Shown one piece after another: positions 26,546 through 35,245 of a stretch of 35,245 nucleotides of DNA. The first letter of the stretch is position 1. Every line of letters begins with the position of its first letter. The DNA comes from Sphaeroforma arctica JP610 (Eukaryota): assembly GCF_001186125.1 (NCBI RefSeq), contig NW_014039687.1:1-35245 (forward strand), given 5' to 3'. The translations under genes and the position numbers were made by a program. Below the pieces are notes generated by a model, which was given only the letters and a program-made list of their open reading frames with translations, was not told the origin of the DNA and did no database searches.

Positions 26546-29500
26546 TCTCGGCATCCTTCTCCTCGGGTGTTTTCTTGGTCGTGCGATTGAGTTTCTTGAG
26601 CATGATCTCGTCCTCGTTCTTTACCAGCTCCAACGCAGCACGCTCCTCTTCGCGAGAGATTGTCGCCTCTACGATAGTAATTGCGGTCTGTGTGTCGTCT
26701 GTATGAGTGGAGGTAGGTATATAGCTATTAATAGAACGGCGTAGATAGCTACAGATATAGAAAAAGCTTCCAATGACCATTGCGGTCTGTGTGTCGTTTG
26801 TATGAGTGGAGGTAGGTATATAGCTATTAATAGACCAGCGTAGATAGCTACGGATATAGTAAAAGCTTACAATGACCATTGCGGTCTGTGTGTCGTCTGT
26901 ATGAGTGGAGGTAGGTATATAGGTATTAATAGACCAGCGTCGATAGCTACATATATAGTAATAGCTTCCAATGACCATTGCGGTCTGTGTGTCTTCTGTA
27001 TGGGTGGGGTAGGATGTTGATGTACCGATAAACAACTACACGCACAAATTTGTTTATTAAAATAAACCTGTCAATGATCCAATACACCTGTCGATGAAAT
27101 GGAGATAACGAATGCGTGCGCTGAGTGCTGTGATACACATAGAACAAGGCGTGCCTAAATACCCCTGAGCGTCTCGACGGAAAAACTAAGTTTACTCATC
27201 GTGTTACTTTAAAAAAAAAATTGCCAATAATTCAATATACCTCTCGATGTGGAGAAACTCGTCTCGGAGATAAAAGATGAGTGGTTTGATACAATATACC
27301 AGGGGTGCTTTGTGTGAAATAAGCTCTAGCATCCTGACCAACAAAAACCCCAAGTTTATCCATTGTTCTAATAATAAACTTATCAAAGATGCAATATACC
27401 TGTCAATGAGGTGAAGCTGGTCTCGGAGATAATGGATGGCTTGCGTTTGTTTGGAGCGTCACCTTCCTGCAGCTTAACAAAGTCTGCGTACTCACCCCCT
27501 TTCGCCATCAACTCCGCGTGTGATCCGGACTCCAGAATCTGTGGCAGAGTACCCCCCGTCATATGTCAGTAGATAGATTTTTAAGTTTATCTTGAGACAG
27601 AATGAGAGAGTGAACTGAAACGGACATGTGGCTATCGCGTCATATGTCAGTAGATAGATTTATAAGTTTCTCATGAGAGAGAATGAGAGAGTAAACTGAA
27701 ACGGACAAGTGGCTATCACGTCATATGTCAGTACATTAAGATACACCAATACACGAATCTGGATCTGTGGCAAATATATATATATATACATATGTATATA
27801 TATATATATATATAAATATATATAAAGATAGATATATATATACATGTATATATAAAATACTTATATATAGATTTATATAGATATGTATATATAAATATAT
27901 ACATATAGATAAGTGTGTGTGTATATGTGTGTGTACACACATATAATATATGTATATATATATATATACATAACAAACATTGAGTTATTTGCTGAACACG
28001 CATGTATACTTTCAGACAAATTTTCGACACATCCAGGATTGGCTCTATTGCCGTGAGTGTGCTAAGTAATCACATATACACACTTATAAGCACAAACACA
28101 TATTCGCGTTTCATCGTGCCATATATAACACATCTTTTATCCAGGGCGACAATAGTGCCATTGATAGTCGTGAGGTTGTGTGCAATAAATACAGTGGCGC
28201 CCTTTCAACTTGCGCATCATCTACACACTCTCGCATATTCCAGACATGTGTGTACACGTACAAGCACATTCACATGGCATCTTGGCTAAACCCTCATAAA
28301 CCCTAAAACCGCTAAACCATATATCCCTAAATTTAAAAAAACCTAGTTATAAAACACGCCACTCCCTGATCTGAGCACACCTCAGTGTTGGTCTTTCTCA
28401 CAGCAGTGCGTCTGCTTGCAACAACTACAGGTGTGCATACTCTACTAGTACTCGCAATTCGACTACTGTCCGACTATACACAACACTACTCCTCTCGACA
28501 CTGCCATACATCCAAACTCTCGTTGCCGTATGGTAGTATCACCCACCTGTCCTTGGTCCAAGAATACAATGGTGTTGGCTTTTCGGACTGTCGTGAGTCG
28601 GTGGGCAATTATTATAGTAGTGCGACCCCTGCTTGCTTTGTCCAGGGCTGCCTGCACTACCGCTTCACTCTTCACGTCCAACGCCGATGTGGCCTCGTCC
28701 AACAGCAGGATCTGAATAAAGGAAAAAATCTCACAGATTAATTGGCGCGTAAACCTGGTTTATTCCGAGCGTATATGTCAGTTTAGACTGATTCGCGCGT
28801 GCTTTACTTTGAGTATACAACACCGATGTTGCTTCGTCCAGCAGCAGGATCTGAATGAACGAACGAAAATTCCACAGTTTACCTGGCAGTTTATTCCGAG
28901 AATAGACGTTAGCTTGGATTGATTCGTACGTGCCTTACATATTCCATACAGTACCGAACTTGCATCGTCCAGGAGCTGAGAGAAGTGTTGCTAGTGTGTC
29001 CATGATGTTGTATCATCGTTCGCCATGCATGTATAAACACGCCCAACTTCACGTACAGACACAGACACGAGTGTCACATATACACATATGTAAGGACACA
29101 GCTATATGAGAGCTCTTGGACCACGCATGAACGCTCGTGCTGCTATGCACTGCTACTGTGCCCCACTGGACATCTCTCACTCGCACGCATTTGTGTTTTG
29201 GAAGTATGATATCCATATACACAATATCGCACACAAGACCTTAAACACATACAAACATGTGAGAATAAATATATCCATGTATATATATATATTTATATAA
29301 ATATATACCTTTGGATCGCGAATAAGCGCTCGGGCGATAGCAATACGTTGCTTCTGTCCACCACTCAGCATGCCGCCTCCCTCGCCTATCTGTGTCTGGT
29401 AGCCGTCCGGCATGTGGCAGATAAAGTCGTGCGCATTGGCCATCTCACAGGCACGCTCAATGTCGTTCTGGGTCACCTCCTGGTGTGGCAATGCATATGA

Positions 29501-29949
29501 ATAAGCGTATTTTGATGATGTACCGTAATGTTATCGCAATATACCAATGTCAGATGGGAATATATCGTATTCAGATTACTTCAGACCATATCATACCTGA
29601 GTCAAGAAGCGTCTGTTGTGGAAGACATCGTGCGGATAGTCTTGATCAAAATCGGGATTGGGGACGAGTGCAGCGCCCATGGCAATATTCTCTGCGATAG
29701 TGCCGGCAAATAAAACTGGTTCCTGGCCCACATAGCCGATTTGTCCACGCATCCATTGGATGTTTAGCGTCCGCACATCTCTCTGTTTGTGTGTGGGTTG
29801 TTGTAAGAGAAGTATATATCATTGCCAGATCCGATTTGTTCCCGTGTGCAAATCTTTGTGTGCGTTTGTATGTGTGTTATTGGAAGTGATATAGACATCA
29901 TTGACACACCTAATCTGTTCATACATTCATTAAATTTTTGGGTAAGCAA

Positions 29950-30011
<62 letters not shown>

Positions 30012-30258
30012 ATAGTAGTATGTAGTAGTAGTATATGTATATACAACNNNNNNNNNNNNNNNNNNNNNNNNNNNNNNNNNNNNNNNNNNNNNNNNNNNNN
30101 NNNNNNNNNNNNNNNNNNNNNNNNNNNNNNNNNNNNNNNNNNNNNNNNNNNNNNNNNNNNNNNNNNNNNNNNNNNNNNNNNNNNNNNNNNNNNNNNNNNN
30201 NNNNNNNNNNNNNNNNNNNNNNNNNNNNNNTATATATATATTATATTATATATATATA

Positions 30259-30333
<75 letters not shown>

Positions 30334-33300
30334 ATATATATACCATTTAATATATATACCATGTATGTCAATGATTTGTCACAGACAATAATATGCTCCT
30401 CTGCCATGGACGGGTGGGAAATGCGGGTTGTGTGTTGAGTTGGGTAGTACGTGCACATGTGACAGTCTACACAGGAATGATAGCCATATATCTATTCTAA
30501 ATCTATTCTAACCCAAATGGGTCGAGATAAGATAAGCAACACTCCCATACACGCATATAATCTGGCCTGTCCAACGACTTCCACCGATGAAAAGGCCTGT
30601 ACCATTGCAAACGCAACCAGCCCCGCTAAGTAGAAGGCACCCACGGCATCGCCAACACTTTTAGAGCCTTCGCTGACATCTGTTAGCAGTCACTTTCAAA
30701 CAGACATGTGTATGCCAATATCACATTAAGAACACTTCCACCTACTCATGTACACACTAAAATATGAGTAAGTATGTATATATGCGATGTACAATATGCG
30801 ATGTACATGCATACAACACATGAACATAGCCCCTACCTGGCCTGGCCAATGGCTTCCATCGATGAAAAGGTCTGTCCCATCGCAATTGCTGCCAGCACCA
30901 CGGCGTAGAACACCGTCATGGCATCGCCAACCCCCACAGTGCCATTACTAACCAAATCGAACGCAAACCACATAATGAACGAGCACGAGCCAAACAGCAC
31001 AAACAGGGACAGTCCCGTCCCAAAGGCGTATACGTAGGCGCGTTTGATTCCTGTATGTGGTGAAACATAGTCTTAGGGTTTTGGGGTTTTGGGGTTCCAT
31101 ACTATGGAAGGGAGGATGACTAAATCGTATGTGTGTGCGTGGATACAGCCTTGACTGGTGAACACGTGATGACTGCGGATGGCTCTAACAGTACAACCAA
31201 CGATAATGTATACATATAGGGGTATGTGTGTAGTTGTAAGTATCTGGTACATATTTAAATCTGGTGAGAATACTACCTCCATACAAAACACACCTTTCTC
31301 CTGCACACTGTCGACTTGATCGTTGAATCGTTGAATCTCCGATTTTTGACCGCCAAAAGCGGTTACGGTCTTTATTAGGGCAAGCGACTCCTCGGCCATA
31401 GCTGCAGCAGACGCGTACTCTTGTGAAGATTGACTCACCTGTGAGTGCACATTCAAAAATAGAAATAAAACAATCGAGTATATTTAAATATATTCACATA
31501 GGTACTTGCCTACGTGTATACACACGCCCACGCACATCCATCATATACACACATGCACTGTATATCCATCATATACACACATGCACTATATATCCATCCT
31601 ATACACACATGCACTATATATCCATCCTATACAAACATGCACTGTATAGCCATACCGATTTGGACACAAGTCTCGACATGAGAGCACCCGAGCCAGCAAT
31701 CAGTGGAGTGAAGGCGATGCACACCAGCGCTATCTGCCACGCAGTAACCAGGCCGATGATTAAGCCAGAGAGCGTCACACCCCACAGTAGGAAGAAAAAG
31801 GCCAGCTGGTCGCCTATGGCCCCCTCGATCTGTGGGAAATGATCGAATCACTAAAGAGTTGAGGGCACTACAAGTGTATCGTTTGCATCTGCATAATTTA
31901 TATACCAGAACACGCATCCTCGATCTGTGGTTAATGATCGAATCGGAAAGAGTTGATGACATTACAAGTGTATCCTTTACATCTGCGCAATATATCTACA
32001 AGAACGCGCACCCTCGATCTGTGGGTAGTGATCGAATCATAAAGAGTTGATGGCATTACAAGTGTATCCTTTACATCTGCGTAATATATTTACCAGAACA
32101 CGCACCCACGATCTGTGGGTAATGATCGAATCATAAAGAGTTGATGGCATTACAAGTGTATCCTTTACATCTGCGTAATATATATACCAGAACACGCACC
32201 TTCGATCTGTGGGTAATGATCGAATCATAACCAATTGATGGCAATACAGTGTGTCGTTTACATCTGAGTAATACATATACCAGAACACGTGTATGCTTCC
32301 ACGTTGACATCGCGCCGATACCTTGGACATGTCGTTCGTGGCATGGGCGATGAGTTCGCCTCCGGTGTGGTGGTCGTGGAAAGCGATCTCCTGCGAAAGC
32401 ACTGACTTCAGGTACAATCTATGGTGTCCAAAAATAAATGTATTCATCAGTTGAAGGCAGAAAAACGCCTGTGTATGCCGTGAGTAGTGTGAATAGAAAT
32501 TCGCTATTTAGGGAAAGTTTAAACCACGATTCGCGTACATCGATATGTGAGAAAGTGCTGACTTCAAGTACAATCTGTGGTGTCCAGAAATAAACTGGTT
32601 CATCAGTTGAGTGCATATAAATCCTATATATGCCGTAGTTGTTTTACATAGAATCGCTTTTTCAGGGTGTTTAATGACGAGATTGGGTGCATTGATATTT
32701 GAGCTAATGATAATACGGAAAGGGCGTATACTTTGGCTTAGAACACACACGCGCATCTCTGCTCAGTAAGCCCACCACCCTCGTTGCATGGACAGTCGGA
32801 TATAGTAGCCCAACAGCACGCCTTGCAACACTCCAGCAATGCCGCCAATAACACCCACAACAAACAGAATAACGGCCATGATAATCGGGATCACAGCAAT
32901 GCATGTGACATCGCTACAACAGACTACACGAGTCTACACTCTGGTTAAGAAAACACACGCACATATCTTCTGAATATACACACCACACCACCCACCTTCT
33001 GATACGTTGCATGGACGGTCGGATATAGTAGCCCAATAGCACACGCTGCAACACTCCGGCAATGCCGCCAATAACCCCCATGATAATCAGGATAACAGCC
33101 AGCCGTATAACGTCCTGGTCTAGTTTATCAAATCCGGCTGTGACAATCTGTAGCGTCTCCAGAAGACCCAGAGCACCCTGTACCCCGCTCATGACCTTGA
33201 GGGGGTTCGTGGTCGCCTGTTCGGACAGGTTCCTCCAGTCAACCTGTGTGTGGTAGATACGGCGCGGGTAGGGGTGTTGGTGTTTTATTTGTGAGTTTGT

Positions 33301-34702
33301 CTCGAAGTTGAAGGTATATAAATAAACATGTATATATATATATANNNNNNNNNNNNNNNNNNNNNNNNNNNNNNNNNNNNNNNNNNNNNNNNNNNNNNNN
33401 NNNNNNNNNNNNNNNNNNNNNNNNNNNNNNNNNNNNNNNNNNNNNNNNNNNNNNNNNNNNNNNNNNNNNNNNNNNNNNNNNNNNNNNNNNNNNNNNNNNN
33501 NNNNNNNNNNNNNNNNNNNNNNNNNNNNNNNNNNNNNNNNNNNNNNNNNNNNNNNNNNNNNNNNNNNNNNNNNNNNNNNNNNNNNNAGATATATATATGG
33601 GGTACACTGGTACGGTGATGATGGTTTGGGGCAATGAGACCCGGAATGAGGTATTAGTGCGCTACAGATGGCTATACAGATACATGAATTCCCGGGACAT
33701 CTACACAGGTTTGCAAGATGGGTTTGTGAGATGGGATTCTGGGTACAAGAAGAGAAGTGATGTGTTTGAGTAGTGCGCACACTGACCTCAGATATGCAAG
33801 TCAAGTACTTGCAGTGGTTGTGTGCAGGTAATTCCTGCGTGAACTACCTGCCGATTGTAGGACTCCTACCAGCGAACAAGAGCATACAACAAACAAACAG
33901 GAAAAGCATACATTCGGTAAGGACATGAAGACGTGAAGTATATATCAATGCACGCGTGCACACAGATAACACGAGAAATGCGAGCAATGTGTGTGTGTGT
34001 TGACTGTATTGGGACCGGTACAACATGGGTGTGTCTCATCCCATACTGATAGAGTCTGAGAAATATCTCATTTAATTTATCTCTCTCAAACGAAGGCAAT
34101 AACAGGATGCGATTCCACTTCGTAGCCGCAGCAGAACAAACGTTTGCTTGATCACAATCTCGACACAGGGGAACGGATATCGATACGAATGTTTCATAAC
34201 TATTTGTCGGCAAACCAAGGTATACCTATATGCGTTCAATGTAATGTCCCTATGCTCGGTGCATTCGTGCCCAGCATATACACACATGATAACACGCAAT
34301 ACTCAAGTGCAGTTATAGAAACAAGTACGGTTCAGACAATATATATGTACATCACCGATACACTAACAAACCTCGAATCAAACAGCCGAATATATGCACA
34401 TACCTTATACACGAACCTCGAATCAGGCAAAAAAAAACCCCATCTACACATAAATTATATACAAACCTCGAATCAATCCCACTGTACCTTCATCACATCC
34501 GTAATCAGTTGCTCGGGGTCTTGTTCAGCAATATCCACCACTAGTGCACTCAGGCCATCCAGCAACTGACCGAACAGGACGCAGAAACATGGAAAGAGAG
34601 ATCCAATACACATTGACAGCAGCATGGTTATAGTCCCCAGAATCTTCTCGTTACGGGTGTGGTATCTGAATGCCGTTAAACATTGTATAAGTGTGAGCCG
34701 TC
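18252..34702 (-). CDS. ABCB1: ABCB1/MDR P-glycoprotein-like full ABC transporter (TMD1-NBD1-TMD2-NBD2), 5'-incomplete
   Basis: Minus-strand exons: 34702-34488, 33243-32996, 32418-32322, 31829-31656, 31438-31294, 31050-30837, [missing NBD1 Walker A segment, gap 30048-30230], 29782-29597, 29479-29309, 28711-28547, 27538-27400, 26698-26544, 26099-25959, 25148-24993, 24696-24555, 24060-23957, 23366-23265, [missing TM11 segment, gap 22555-22711], 21948-21711, 21210-21006, 20299-20056, 19292-19161, 18937-18854, 18416-18252. Motifs: VGQEP Q-loop x2, LSGGQKQR signature x2, [12 protein letters not shown]alker B x2, IAHRL x2, NBD2 Walker A GESGCGKS, FSYPSRP. The symbol denotes the subfamily, not strict orthology. 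Confidence 0.93.
19495..19895. repeat. Intronic minisatellite, 6 copies of 69/63 bp
   Basis: Unit starts (cacatccgcctgtat...) at 19495, 19564, 19633, 19702, 19765 and 19828. It explains the spurious repeat ORFs 19494-20072 and 19513-20367. Confidence 0.95.
20296..20470 (-). repeat. 58-bp tandem repeat x3 containing the acceptor of the NBD2 Walker A exon
   Basis: gccactgtatat... at 20296, 20354 and 20412; each copy reads tatacag|TGGC on the minus strand. Confidence 0.92.
23390..23772. repeat. Degenerate (TG/TA)n low-complexity tract
   Basis: Alternating purine-pyrimidine tract that produces the spurious H/T/Y-rich ORFs. Confidence 0.9.
24250..24545. repeat. Degenerate ~20-bp tandem array (atcaaacaaatatacgcat-like) in an ABC intron
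   Basis: Recurrent ...tacgcatatcaaa... units throughout the interval. Confidence 0.8.
26680..27012 (-). repeat. 99-bp tandem repeat (3 full copies + partial 4th) spanning an ABC exon acceptor
   Basis: attgcggtctgtgtgtc... at 26680, 26779, 26878 and 26977. Confidence 0.95.
27557..27733. repeat. 81-bp tandem repeat (~2.2 copies) in an ABC intron
   Basis: cgtcatatgtcagta at 27557, 27638 and 27719. Confidence 0.9.
30048..30230. other. Assembly gap at the position of the missing NBD1 Walker A exon(s)
   Basis: N run flanked by (TA)n. Other gaps: 2420-2439, 8548-8567, 12272-12291, 15041-15060, 22555-22711, 33345-33587. Confidence 0.9.
31535..31650. repeat. 26-bp tandem repeat x4 in an ABC intron
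   Basis: atatccatc(a/c)tatacacacatgcact repeated. Confidence 0.85.
31823..32290 (-). repeat. ~94-bp tandem repeat x5 filling an ABC intron; each copy carries the acceptor
   Basis: Units containing cgatctgtgg start at about 31823, 31918, 32012, 32106 and 32200. Confidence 0.95.
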
Positions 34703-34724
34703 CTGACCAGATAAGGGTGAATGC

Positions 34725-34869
34725 ATACTTATATAGATATAAGTAGGTACGTATCGCTTATATATATATATATATATATATAAATATAAGTATATATATA
34801 TATGTATATATATATATATTTATATATGTGTATATATATATATATATATATAGATATATAAATATGTAC

Positions 34870-34901
<32 letters not shown>

Positions 34902-34911
34902 TATATATGTA

Positions 34912-34961
<50 letters not shown>

Positions 34962-35245
34962 ATGTATATATATATATACATGTATCTATATGTGTATATC
35001 TATATATATAAATATATATATATATACATATATGTATAAATGTATATATATATAAATATATATATATAAATATACATTTAGATATATTTATGTATATATA
35101 TCTATATGTGTGTGTGTGTATGTATGTATGTATGTATGTATGTATATACAAACATATATATATATATATACATATATGTATATATATATATATATATATT
35201 TATGTATGCATTTATGTATGCATTTATGTATGTATAAACTTATGT
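34725..35245. repeat. (TA)n-rich microsatellite intron of the ABC gene
   Basis: Nearly continuous TA/TATG repeats upstream of the acceptor at 34703-34704. Similar tracts at 2316-2419, 11860-12400, 15061-15185, 21450-21692, 25390-25950 and 29955-30360. Confidence 0.95.

Noticed and set aside
21452..35151. Numerous YI-, HT- and CV-rich ORFs and ORFs spanning N runs
   Set aside because: They are translations of (TA)n/(CA)n microsatellites and gaps.
1..35245. tRNA, rRNA, snRNA or pre-miRNA hairpins
   Set aside because: None recognisable by eye. Self-complementarity seen is from simple repeats only; Infernal, tRNAscan-SE and small-RNA data would be needed.

Overview
Eukaryotic, intron-rich draft genomic DNA with GT-AG introns full of (TA)n/(CA)n microsatellites and seven N gaps. 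The style and gene content suggest a unicellular holozoan such as an ichthyosporean (Sphaeroforma-like); this is inference. Most ORFs in the supplied track are spurious, so I rebuilt five spliced genes by hand using splice sites and exon phase. (1) The 3' end of a TEX11/ZIP4/Spo22-like meiotic TPR gene (+, 117-1276). (2) A 9-exon, ~335-aa protein with two dsRNA-binding domains and the signature of the Microprocessor subunit Pasha/DGCR8, apparently without the WW/Rhed region (+, 3332-8712). (3) A secreted 491-aa protein with a Yx(F/W/Y)xxD (COG4315/Lipoprotein_15-like) domain and two Met/His DOMON domains (-, 13067-9806). (4) An Mpv17/PMP22-family membrane protein (+, 14699-16703). (5) A two-TMD/two-NBD ABCB1/P-glycoprotein-like transporter of at least 21 exons (-, from beyond 34702 to 18252), with its 5' end outside the window and two segments probably lost in assembly gaps. 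The most unusual structural signal runs across the window: many introns contain tandem or decayed copies of the neighbouring exon edge, including its splice site, in states from near-perfect to barely recognisable.
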